Of a stretch of 61,999 nt of DNA, positions 51,582 to 59,598 are shown in pieces (position 1 is the stretch's first letter; each line of letters opens with the position of its first letter). The notes under the pieces were generated by a model. It was not told where the DNA came from and did no database searches. It was given only the letters and a program-made list of their open reading frames with translations. The DNA comes from Sedimentisphaerales bacterium. Its GTDB lineage: Bacteria; Planctomycetota; Phycisphaerae; Sedimentisphaerales; Anaerobacaceae. The DNA is taken from contig DATKWR010000836.1 of the NCBI GenBank assembly GCA_035529475.1, positions 1-61,999 of the forward strand, read 5' to 3'. The translations under genes and the position numbers were made by a program.

Positions 51582-51893
51582 ATGAGTGAGACGCGATGGG
51601 ATGCTATCCGTAGACGATTGGACGAGGGGGACTGTCACCCATCAGGGCCCGTGTTTAATCTATTGGACAAGCTTGAGCGAGAAGCAGTCGAAGCCCAGGC
51701 CCAGATCGAGGCCATGACGCCCGACTGGAAGCTGGGCAGGTTGGTGAGGAGGATGCCGCGTTTTTCAGCACTCGTGCATGGTACGTGTGATGAGCAATGG
51801 ACTATGATTCACTTGCACTGGAATAGGCAATGGCATTATCAAGATATACCTGAGGCCGCTCTGTGCGAGGCGCTGGGGGAGGAGCAGGAATGA
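51582..51893 (+). CDS. hypothetical protein
   Basis: Trimmed to ATG 51582, which follows GGGGGAGGAGTAAG. 103 aa. Confidence 0.6.
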   Translation: MSETRWDAIRRRLDEGDCHPSGPVFNLLDKLEREAVEAQAQIEAMTPDWKLGRLVRRMPRFSALVHGTCDEQWTMIHLHWNRQWHYQDIPEAALCEALGEEQE

Positions 51894-52189
51894 ACGCTTA
51901 TGAAAAGATGCGATTAGAAGATACGGTTCGCAGCGAACGTGCCCGGGCAGATGAGTTTGCTAGGCAAGCGTGTGAGAATCAACGGGGACAATACCACGAG
52001 ATGCAACGCGAGTATGAAGCATGGCGAGAGGAACTAGCAGAGACTGAAGATGCCTTGTACGTGAGTGCTACCTGGTCGGCTCGATGGAAGGCCCTAGCCA
52101 AGAGACAACGCAAAGATCTCGCCGTCGCCCGCCTGATCATTGCAGACCTGAGCGAGACGCTAGGGGAGCAAGATGGCGAAGGCAAGTAA
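51890..52189 (+). CDS. hypothetical coiled-coil protein
   Basis: ATGA overlap. 99 aa. Confidence 0.55.
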   Translation: MNAYEKMRLEDTVRSERARADEFARQACENQRGQYHEMQREYEAWREELAETEDALYVSATWSARWKALAKRQRKDLAVARLIIADLSETLGEQDGEGK

Positions 52190-52406
52190 GGCGCAGCGGG
52201 AGATTCTTGGGCTTATGGTGCAGGGACACCTGTTGATTGAGGTTCCGCCAACTTGGCTGAGAGTTGGTGGTCGTATAGTGCAATTGTCAACGCTGGCCGT
52301 CCTTCGTAGAGAAAGATGGATTGAACAAGTTGAGCATCGATATTGGCGCAAAAGGGCATTCCAGATCACTGACGCTGGCCAGGAGGCAGTGAATGAAAAA
52401 CCCTGA
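52173..52406 (+). CDS. small putative winged-helix protein
   Basis: 77 aa. AQREILGLMVQGH....AFQITDAGQEAV is weakly wHTH-like. Confidence 0.45.
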   Translation: MAKASKAQREILGLMVQGHLLIEVPPTWLRVGGRIVQLSTLAVLRRERWIEQVEHRYWRKRAFQITDAGQEAVNEKP

Positions 52407-52587
52407 AGATCATGTTTGGGCCTTTATCCAAGAAATGGCCAGGTGGGATTCGGAAATGAGGTTGTGGCGATGGCGCTTGCCAGAAGTCACCCACATGATG
52501 ATGGCGGACGTCATAGCCAACGTAACCGGCGCAAACCTCTCCATCGTATTGGAAAGAGCACAGGAGGCGGCGAATGAGCATCTCTGA
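52393..52587 (+). CDS. hypothetical protein
   Basis: 64 aa. Confidence 0.45.
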   Translation: MKNPEDHVWAFIQEMARWDSEMRLWRWRLPEVTHMMMADVIANVTGANLSIVLERAQEAANEHL

Positions 52588-52783
52588 CGTGCCGGGCAAC
52601 TCGTCTAACGCCTGGTGGCTTCTTCTAAGGCCTGAGACGACTAGAGAAGATGCTGAGGAGATATTCTTTCAGAGTATCGGTAGAGAGGCTGAAGAATATA
52701 AGGGGTATCCCTCCGGGGTGCTTGTGGGACCATTGACGGACGAAGAAGGAAAAGAAGTGGAAAAGAAAAGGAGGGGTGGGTGA
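52574..52783 (+). CDS. hypothetical protein
   Basis: 69 aa. Confidence 0.45.
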   Translation: MSISDVPGNSSNAWWLLLRPETTREDAEEIFFQSIGREAEEYKGYPSGVLVGPLTDEEGKEVEKKRRGG

Positions 52784-52831
52784 ATATCGATCTTTCTGAT
52801 ATCATATCCGCGTTGACCAGGAGGGGCCGAC

Positions 52832-53092
52832 ATGAGCGATGATTGGAACCTTGATGAAAAAGCAGAATGGCCCGCTAATCCCAAGCATTTGATCCGGTTT
52901 TTGAGGATCACTTGGCGCAATAGGCATAAGCTCAGTGATATGCCTTGGCCAATCTATTTGCACATTATCTGGAAAGTGGCAGCAGTGAGTTGCAGGTATG
53001 CAGAAACTACACCGTGGAAGACCGAAGGCAAATCACTAGACGACAAACTTCTCGCTAACAGTTTGAAGCATTGGCTAACGGAGGAAGGGTGA
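52832..53092 (+). CDS. hypothetical protein
   Basis: 86 aa. Confidence 0.5.
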   Translation: MSDDWNLDEKAEWPANPKHLIRFLRITWRNRHKLSDMPWPIYLHIIWKVAAVSCRYAETTPWKTEGKSLDDKLLANSLKHWLTEEG

Positions 53093-53667
53093 GTACAGAG
53101 GTTCTGCCTGAAGTCATCCCCGCCTTGACGATCGGCGGGTTCGAAGCTACGATGTTGGGGCTGACGATAACGGGCCAGCCCGGCTACGAGGTCTGGGAAG
53201 CCTATGGGCGGGGCCTGCAAGGCGTTCAGTCGGCCATACATTGGGTCATAGGCGACTGGTTGAACTACGGCGAGGCGCGCTATGGGGATACGTACACGCA
53301 GGCGCTGGAGCTGACGCCCTATTCGCTCTCGACGCTGCAATCGGATAAGTGGGTCGCAAACGCGATACCATCTTGCAACCGGTTAGTAGGTTTGGCGTGG
53401 AAGGTGCACCGGGAGGTCGGCGGATTGCCGGTAGAGGAGCAGATGGGTTGGCTCGTCCAGGCGAGGGATAACGAATGGAGCGCCCCGGAGTTGAGGGAGG
53501 CAATCCACGGCACGCCCACGGAGGAGGAGCGGCTGGTCAGGGGGATGAAGAACATTATGCGTCAGATAAGCGAACTGCTGTTCATAGCCTCCATGGAGGA
53601 CATGGATGCGCTGCTTCTGGCCATGGACACCATAGGAGATCGAATCGATGCAAGGAAGGAGGAGTGA
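53089..53667 (+). CDS. putative DNA-binding protein
   Basis: GTG 53089 has a GTGA overlap and follows GGAGGAAGG. WVIGDWLNYGEARYGDTY..ALELT..LSTLQSDKWVA is a pattern seen in phage HTH proteins, which is weak evidence. Confidence 0.4.
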   Translation: MSTEVLPEVIPALTIGGFEATMLGLTITGQPGYEVWEAYGRGLQGVQSAIHWVIGDWLNYGEARYGDTYTQALELTPYSLSTLQSDKWVANAIPSCNRLVGLAWKVHREVGGLPVEEQMGWLVQARDNEWSAPELREAIHGTPTEEERLVRGMKNIMRQISELLFIASMEDMDALLLAMDTIGDRIDARKEE

Positions 53668-53912
53668 TGGCGAAGTGCCCCAGGTGTAACGGGATTCTAT
53701 CATGCGATGGCCGCAGCTATTATCGAGCGAAGATGATTCACTGCGAATCGCCAGATTGTGGTTGGGGTCGCTTGCGATGGACGTGCGCCAGTGATGAATG
53801 GTGGTGGAAAAAACTCGATCAATTCCATCGAAATCATCCCGTTATTGGCCTGGAGCCATACCTGGACATGGGTTCCTGTGCCGACATGCCCGACTATCCG
53901 GAGGAGGAGTGA
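53667..53912 (+). CDS. zinc-ribbon hypothetical protein
   Basis: ATG follows AAGGAGGAGTG. MAKCPRCNG..CESPDC. Confidence 0.55.
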   Translation: MAKCPRCNGILSCDGRSYYRAKMIHCESPDCGWGRLRWTCASDEWWWKKLDQFHRNHPVIGLEPYLDMGSCADMPDYPEEE

Positions 53913-54145
53913 TGACAAGGCTGATGCTGTTCGGGGACGCGCTGGTGGATATTGATGACGTGCGGTGTGCTGTGGGAATAGGTATTGAAAGGGTTGCGAC
54001 GCAAATCTATATGAAGACTAGCGGAACTTCAGAAAAGCCTGATCTGACGCTAGTAGCTCTCGGTGATGCCAAAGGCGAGTTCGACGCCTGGGCCAAGAGC
54101 CTCAACAGGCCGTTTATCCTGAATGAATCGAAGGAGGAGGAGTGA
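53912..54145 (+). CDS. hypothetical protein
   Basis: ATG follows GGAGGAGGAGTG. 77 aa. Confidence 0.55.
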   Translation: MTRLMLFGDALVDIDDVRCAVGIGIERVATQIYMKTSGTSEKPDLTLVALGDAKGEFDAWAKSLNRPFILNESKEEE

Positions 54146-54240
54146 TGAACATGCGTAAATGGCGATTCTGGGTAAACACGGTCTTTCTTTGGTCGCTGCT
54201 TGTGCCGTGCTTTGTGGGGATTATGCTGGACGGGGGATGA
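54145..54240 (+). CDS. possible 31-aa TM peptide
   Basis: ATG follows AAGGAGGAGGAGTG. MNMRKWRFWVNTVFLWSLLVPCFVGIMLDGG. Confidence 0.35.
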   Translation: MNMRKWRFWVNTVFLWSLLVPCFVGIMLDGG

Positions 54241-54264
54241 ATGCTTAGACTAATCAAAGGAGGA

Positions 54265-54513
54265 ATGAACGTGACAAAAAGACAGGCTCATATCTTGTTT
54301 CCACTCGAGACCGGGCAGCATCTGGACCCCCAAAATCCACCATGTGGTGGTTCATCCGTAACCCGGCCATCGAAGCCAACGCCGGGGCCACCACCCAAGG
54401 CGTCGGGCATAGAGGCGCCTCCTGTAGACGAAGACGAAACTCAAACAATCATTCGGTTGCTCACTAGAATCGCGGACGACGTGGTTTTCCTTCGGAATCA
54501 TTGCTCAGGATGA
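54265..54513 (+). CDS. hypothetical Pro-rich protein
   Basis: ATG 54265 follows AAAGGAGGA. The track start is 54241. Confidence 0.5.
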   Translation: MNVTKRQAHILFPLETGQHLDPQNPPCGGSSVTRPSKPTPGPPPKASGIEAPPVDEDETQTIIRLLTRIADDVVFLRNHCSG

Positions 54514-54520
54514 ATGTACG

Positions 54521-54820
54521 ATGCCCAGGCTAGCTGCCAAGAAGGACGCCAATCACGATGAGATAGCGGAAGTTTTCCGCAAGCTAGGCTGGCAGTGGAC
54601 GGACACCTACCAGCTGGGTATGGGGTTCCCGGACGGCGTGATCTCCAGGCCGGGCATGAACATACTCATCGAGGTCAAGTCGGAAAAGGGAACACTAACG
54701 CCGGAAGAGAAGCGGTTTCAGAAGCGCTTCGTGGGACCGCTGTACTACGTGCGATCCGTCGAGGAGGCGCAGGTGGTGGACGCTTTGCAGAAGTGTAGAG
54801 AATCACGGAGGGGGAAATGA
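54521..54820 (+). CDS. PD-(D/E)XK nuclease (VRR-NUC-like, possible Holliday junction resolvase)
   Basis: 99 aa. DANHDEIAEVFRKLGW...GFPDGVI...ILIEVKSEKGTLTPEEKRF fits the VRR-NUC-type pattern. Confidence 0.6.
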   Translation: MPRLAAKKDANHDEIAEVFRKLGWQWTDTYQLGMGFPDGVISRPGMNILIEVKSEKGTLTPEEKRFQKRFVGPLYYVRSVEEAQVVDALQKCRESRRGK

Positions 54821-54999
54821 GCAAGGAATCGAAAAGGCGGAGGATGTACCTGCCGAGCCGTTTTGGGGAATGGTGCGGCAAAGTGATACTCTTGGCTGGG
54901 ACCATCCTCGTCGTCACCGTATTAGGTTGGCTAGCAACGGGCGTCGTCAAGGGGATCATCAAGATGGCGATGGATATAGGAGCACTGTTAGGGGGATGA
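54817..54999 (+). CDS. small TM protein
   Basis: 60 aa. The TM segment is VILLAGTILVVTVLGWLATGVV. Confidence 0.5.
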   Translation: MSKESKRRRMYLPSRFGEWCGKVILLAGTILVVTVLGWLATGVVKGIIKMAMDIGALLGG

Positions 55000-55000
55000 C

Positions 55001-55165
55001 GTGGGATTGATTGTACTACATGCGTTTGGTCTGGGTTTTCAGACCTTTGGTCTACTTGTGGCCATTAGAGACAGATCGAAGGGATGCGCATTGTTCTCGA
55101 TCTTTGCTATGGTTTGGTCGGGCCTGTTTCTCTCTGTTAATATGGCAGTCCTCACGGGAGGTTAG
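55001..55165 (+). CDS. possible 54-aa two-TM protein
   Basis: GTG lies 1 nt after the upstream stop. VGLIVLHAFGLGFQTFGLLVAIRDRSKGCALFSIFAMVWSGLFLSVNMAVLTGG. Preferred over the track ORF 55011..55307. Confidence 0.35.
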   Translation: MGLIVLHAFGLGFQTFGLLVAIRDRSKGCALFSIFAMVWSGLFLSVNMAVLTGG

Positions 55166-55166
55166 C

Positions 55167-55307
55167 ATGTTCATCGAGGGCTATTTCTTTGCAAATCCGA
55201 TTTTGAATTACATGGCCTTTTTCGTATCATATTCCGTTCTGGCATTGGGTTTGACTGGAGCGTGTGTAGTCGTGGCATTGTTCATAAATGGGGATATTGC
55301 CTTATAA
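55167..55307 (+). CDS. possible 46-aa TM protein
   Basis: ATG follows GGGAGGTTAGC. MFIEGYFFANPILNYMAFFVSYSVLALGLTGACVVVALFINGDIAL. Confidence 0.35.
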   Translation: MFIEGYFFANPILNYMAFFVSYSVLALGLTGACVVVALFINGDIAL

Positions 55308-55613
55308 ATGAACGCCCACCGCAAGCTCCAGCTTGCCGTCCTGGAGCGCGACAACTATTCGTGCCATCCCTGTGGCCGCTACACATGCGAGACGCACCAC
55401 GTAGCGCCGCGCGGATGGTTCGGCAAGAACAACAAAGAGCAGGCGTGGCAGAAGAAGAACATGCTGGCGAAATGCCCGGTCTGCCACAAGCCGTTTGCGC
55501 ACACGAAGGCTGCGCGGAAACGAGACCTGGAGCACCTGGAGAGGCTGTACGGCTATCCGTATGCCGAGCAGCCATGGGTGGGCATACTGGGGAGGGCAGA
55601 TGAGTATCCCTGA
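55308..55613 (+). CDS. HNH endonuclease
   Basis: 101 aa. RDNYSCHPCG..THHV.....CPVCHKP has the HNH/zinc pattern. Confidence 0.65.
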   Translation: MNAHRKLQLAVLERDNYSCHPCGRYTCETHHVAPRGWFGKNNKEQAWQKKNMLAKCPVCHKPFAHTKAARKRDLEHLERLYGYPYAEQPWVGILGRADEYP

Positions 55614-57027
55614 CGTATTGGGCAATCGGGAGAAATGGCATATAGAGTGCGGCGATGCTAGAGACGTATTGCGAGAGATGGCCGATGAAAGCGTCCACTG
55701 TGTCGTCACCAGCCCACCTTATTGGGGATTACGTGACTACGGACTTGCGCCGACGATTTGGGGCGGCGATGCAGAATGTCAGCACGAATGGGGTAATGAA
55801 TTGCCATCCGTGAGTTTCAGTCCGCAACAAGATGCGTCTGGAGGAGTTGGTGGTGGCCGTCTTCATGGAACACGTGGTCAACAGGGATGGACGGCAGGTA
55901 CGGGGAGTGGAAAGGCCTCCCGGGGCCAATTCTGCCAGGTCTGCGGTGCCTGGCGCGGCGTTCTCGGACTTGAGCCATCGCCCCAATTGTACGTCCAGCA
56001 CATCGTCGAGGTGTTCCAAGAGGTAAAGCGCGTGCTCAGAGATGACGGCACACTTTGGGTTGTGATCGGAGACAGCTATGCCAGTATCGGCAGATCGGGC
56101 CGCAAGGAATCGCCAGGCGTTGGCGCAAAGCAAGCGATGGCACCCGTGAATCGTGATATTGTCTGGAAAGCCGGTGGGGATAGTAACTTCAGTTGGCAAC
56201 TGCCAGGTAAAATCAAGCCGAAAGACCTTGTGGGCATTCCCTGGATGGTGGCCTTCGCCCTTCGGGATGACGGATGGTGGCTACGCAGTGACATCATCTG
56301 GGCTAAGCCTTCATGTATGCCAGAGAGCGTAACTGACCGGCCAACTCAGTCCTATGAGCACGTGTTCCTGTTGGCGAAGAGCAAAAGGTATTTTTATGAT
56401 AACGAGGCGATCAAGGAACAGAGTACAACGAATGATTCACGGCGGCCCTATACAAGCAATGGTGCTTGGCAAGTAGATGGGCGACCAATTGAGCAACGGC
56501 ATAGTGGCGAGAGGCGGAACGGCGATGAGTTTAGCACCCGCAACAAGCGTAACGTCTGGACAGTGGCCACCTCTCCATATTTAGGTGCCCACTTCGCCAC
56601 TTTTCCACCGGCCCTCATAGAGCCCATGATTCTCGCCGGGACTTCCGCCAAGGGCTGCTGCGCAGAATGCGGAGCGCCATGGGAGAGGGTAATAGATCAT
56701 CATACGTCTATTCCCCAACGCATTGGTGGTGACAACAACTGGATCAAGATTGAACATCAAAGGACAGATCAACAGGAAAGAGCGGGTGGATTCTACGATG
56801 CCCAAAGTACAACCCTTGGCTGGCGTCCGACATGCTCATGTGATGCTGGCGATCCCATTCCTGCTATCGTTCTCGATCCCTTTGTGGGAGCGGGCACAAC
56901 CGTTATGGTAGCACTCAGGCATGGCAGACGGGCAATCGGGATAGATGCCAAGCCCGAATATTGCGAGATGGCGCGGAACAGAATCATTGAGGACAATCCA
57001 ATGTTCAACACAGTGGGAAAAGACTAA
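55600..57027 (+). CDS. beta-class N4/N6 DNA methyltransferase with an SPPY motif
   Basis: Trimmed to ATG 55600. Motif IV is VVTSPPYW, followed by CQVCGAWRGVLGLEP. Motif I is VLDPFVGAGTT, near the C-terminus. Confidence 0.85.
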   Translation: MSIPDVLGNREKWHIECGDARDVLREMADESVHCVVTSPPYWGLRDYGLAPTIWGGDAECQHEWGNELPSVSFSPQQDASGGVGGGRLHGTRGQQGWTAGTGSGKASRGQFCQVCGAWRGVLGLEPSPQLYVQHIVEVFQEVKRVLRDDGTLWVVIGDSYASIGRSGRKESPGVGAKQAMAPVNRDIVWKAGGDSNFSWQLPGKIKPKDLVGIPWMVAFALRDDGWWLRSDIIWAKPSCMPESVTDRPTQSYEHVFLLAKSKRYFYDNEAIKEQSTTNDSRRPYTSNGAWQVDGRPIEQRHSGERRNGDEFSTRNKRNVWTVATSPYLGAHFATFPPALIEPMILAGTSAKGCCAECGAPWERVIDHHTSIPQRIGGDNNWIKIEHQRTDQQERAGGFYDAQSTTLGWRPTCSCDAGDPIPAIVLDPFVGAGTTVMVALRHGRRAIGIDAKPEYCEMARNRIIEDNPMFNTVGKD

Positions 57028-57043
57028 CCGGCAAGGAGGGAAT

Positions 57044-57250
57044 ATGGCGGTACGACTCCGAGCTAATGGCAAAACTATTGTCTGTGCGGCGAAAAGCGAA
57101 GTCGAAGATGGCGACTGCTATATTGATGATAATTGGCACTATGAACTGGCTGTAGAACTCAAAGTGTTGCGTGTCATTGGTGAGGATGAATTCGATGCAG
57201 ACCTGTGGGCCTTTGTGAATGCGCGAGACAAGGAGGGCAAATCGCCCTAA
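57044..57250 (+). CDS. hypothetical protein
   Basis: ATG follows CAAGGAGGGAAT, with CTAACCGG just upstream. 68 aa. Confidence 0.6.
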   Translation: MAVRLRANGKTIVCAAKSEVEDGDCYIDDNWHYELAVELKVLRVIGEDEFDADLWAFVNARDKEGKSP

Positions 57251-57397
57251 TAGGGTGCTAAGGCCTTCTAACTAGGACTTCTAAGGTAGCACCATTCTAT
57301 AGGGCTTTGCGGCTTGAGCCCCGAATCAGGCCGCACACAAAGGGAGATACTGGCGGCGATGAAGAAGATGAAGCCCGCGCCACTATTTGATGGGGCC

Positions 57398-57426
57398 TTG
57401 ACACAACAATCGTGAAATGATATGAT
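57398..57426 (+). promoter_or_regulatory. near-consensus sigma70-type promoter (P2) for the lysin gene
   Basis: TTGACA (57398-57403), a 17-nt spacer ending in TGA, then TATGAT (57421-57426). Confidence 0.65.
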
Positions 57427-57448
57427 GTAAGCAGGCAGGGAGGGTGAA

Positions 57449-58882
57449 ATGACAGTAGCACGATCCATCCATTTCCAGAACTTGGGCCAGGCTCACGAAC
57501 AGGCCGAAATAATCCGAACATCCGATGTTCCCATCGTGAAAATAGTCAATTCACCAGGGACCAATCCGTTCCCGGGCAAGCGTGTCATCATCCGGGAGAT
57601 GGACCCGAATGAGACAAACATGGTCCGTTCCGGCGTCTCAGGGGCTAGGGTTTGGTGGGAGCACAACGAGGCCCGGATGCGCGAGAGGAGTTGGGCCTGG
57701 GCCTTCGAGGTTGCGGCGAACGAGCAACCCTGCAAGACGCCACAACAGTGTGGGATCCTCGCGGCCTATCAGATCGAGTGGATGCGCCAAGCCAGGCTCC
57801 GGGGCTTTACGCAGAAACTCCTGGCGGGCGTATTCAGCACGGGTGTGCCGGAGCCAGAATACGCGCCCCTCTTTGGGGATATGGTAAAACTGTGTGACTA
57901 TATGGCCTTCCACGAATACTGGGGGAGGGGCGGGCCCGATGATCCCGACTCGTATACCTGGCTCACGCAAAGGTACAGGCGCTTCTATGACGCCCTCGGA
58001 TTCACGAAACCCACCTTCATCACCGAGGCCGGGATATGCCTCGGGGACCCCCTTGGCTGGAAGGACGCGGGGATCACCGCGGAACAGTATGCCATCGAGT
58101 GTATTGCGTACTGCGACGAGTGCCAAGAGGATGGGTATGTGGAGGGCGTGTTCTTCTTCACCGCCGGCGGGGGCGACAAGTGGAAGCGCTTCGAGTTGAC
58201 GCCCCAGCAGACGCAGACCATCGTGGACAGCAACAGGCACCTCGTCAACTTGCCGATTATTAGCTCTGATACCGTAACAACTAGGACACCAGCTTCACCA
58301 GAGATAAAATATCTGCATATTGACTACGGCTTGGGCGCGGTTCCCTTCATCGACGAAGTGCGCCCCCCGATGCTGAATATCGGGAAGAGATGGTATCTTG
58401 CCAATAATCATCCCTCAATTCCCGATCATTATGAGGGACACCCGGAGAGATGCGTCGATATAAACTTAGAGGCTGGGGGGAACAGTGACCTGGGCGAACC
58501 AGTCGTCGCTTCATTCACTGCGGCAGTAGTTGATGCTGTGGACCTGACGGACCGCGCAGGCGGACGGAGTTGGGGTAAGACTGTGCGAATAGTTGGGTTC
58601 TTGGAAGATGGACATTTTGTGTGTTGGCGAGGTTGTCACTTGGATAGCATCGAAGTGGCAAGGGGCCAGATCATCAGGTGTGGGGACAGCATAGGGACAA
58701 TCGGTCATTCGGGGACACAGTATGCTCATTTGCATTTCGATATATCGATAGATAGAATCAATCCTATCGATTGGCACCCGCAGAATCATATGGATGCATT
58801 TGTAGATCCAATTGCTTTCTATCTGAAACATGGGGTCGATACTGCTTTGATGGAACGCCTGGTGAGATGGGATGGGCAATGA
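57449..58882 (+). CDS. two-domain lysin with a TIM-barrel glycoside-hydrolase-like domain and an M23 peptidase-like domain
   Basis: 477 aa. AANEQP and FITEAG resemble the clan GH-A acid/base and nucleophile motifs. The C-terminal GTIGHSGTQYAHLHFDISI is M23 (LytM)-like. Confidence 0.65.
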   Translation: MTVARSIHFQNLGQAHEQAEIIRTSDVPIVKIVNSPGTNPFPGKRVIIREMDPNETNMVRSGVSGARVWWEHNEARMRERSWAWAFEVAANEQPCKTPQQCGILAAYQIEWMRQARLRGFTQKLLAGVFSTGVPEPEYAPLFGDMVKLCDYMAFHEYWGRGGPDDPDSYTWLTQRYRRFYDALGFTKPTFITEAGICLGDPLGWKDAGITAEQYAIECIAYCDECQEDGYVEGVFFFTAGGGDKWKRFELTPQQTQTIVDSNRHLVNLPIISSDTVTTRTPASPEIKYLHIDYGLGAVPFIDEVRPPMLNIGKRWYLANNHPSIPDHYEGHPERCVDINLEAGGNSDLGEPVVASFTAAVVDAVDLTDRAGGRSWGKTVRIVGFLEDGHFVCWRGCHLDSIEVARGQIIRCGDSIGTIGHSGTQYAHLHFDISIDRINPIDWHPQNHMDAFVDPIAFYLKHGVDTALMERLVRWDGQ

Positions 58883-59535
58883 AGACATGTAACAAATGCG
58901 GTCAGGAAAAGGCGCTTTCAGAGTTTCACAAACGCTCAGATGCTAAAGATGGTCTTCAAGGCACATGCAAAGTGTGCCAACTAGAGAATGGACGTCGACG
59001 ATATAAGGCAAATCCTGAGCAGGTATGTGAAAGTGTCCGCAGATATTGAAAAGCTCATCCTGAGAAAATACGTGAGAGCAATCATCGTTATTATTGGGCC
59101 GATCCCGAGAAAGCACGAGAATGCTCGCGCCGATGGTATGAAGCAAATCGAGAACGCGGATGTGAGAATGCTCGTCGATGGCAAGAAGCAAATCGTGAAC
59201 GGAAAAACAGGAATGCTCGTCGATGGCAAAAAGCGCATCCTGAGAGTAGGCGACAGTTAGATCAGCGAAGATACGCTCGCAAAAAGGCCAGCAAAGCATT
59301 TCCGGTATCTTTGCAGGCGATTAAAGATAGAGATCATATGATTTGTCATATCTGTGGAAAGAGAGTATTGGAAAAAGATTTGTCATTCGACCATCTCATA
59401 CCGCTTGCACATGATGGGGTTCATGCCGAGTGGAATCTGGCAGTAACGCATTTGAAATGTAACCAGCGTCGTGGAGCAGGCAGGATTCCAGCCCAACTGC
59501 GATTGCATTGGCAGGCGGTGTGCCCGCCGCGCTGA
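58879..59535 (+). pseudogene. HNH endonuclease ORF interrupted by a single in-frame TGA (59047-59049)
   Basis: The same frame is open from 58879 to 59535 apart from this one TGA. The N-terminus is KTCNKCGQEKALSEFHKR..CKVC. RR(Y/W)xxA(N/H)(P/R)E repeats occur on both sides of the stop. The C-terminus is CHICGK..FDHLIPLAHDGVHAEWNLAVTHLKCNQRRG. Confidence 0.7.
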
Positions 59536-59563
59536 TGGAGAGGCTTGTGCGTTATGATGGGGC

Positions 59564-59592
59564 TTGACAAACCACGTTTCATGTGATAATAT
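59564..59592 (+). promoter_or_regulatory. near-consensus sigma70-type promoter (P3)
   Basis: TTGACA (59564-59569), a 17-nt spacer ending in ATGTGA, then TAATAT (59587-59592). Confidence 0.6.
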
Positions 59593-59598
59593 AGAGGT

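Noticed and set aside
57251-57395. A possible tRNA or small RNA gene in the 145-nt gap upstream of promoter P2 (hairpins GGTGCTA/TAGCACC, GGGCT/AGCCC and GCGGC/GCCGC).
   Set aside because: There is no cloverleaf geometry and no conserved T-loop or D-loop sequence. The first hairpin is more simply a terminator-like element ending the upstream operon. It is mentioned only in connection with the TTCTAA motif.
58988-59260. The 90-aa track ORF inside the HNH repeat region.
   Set aside because: It is out of frame with the zinc-ribbon, repeat and HNH reading frame, which is open on both sides of the single TGA. Its translation has no repeat structure.
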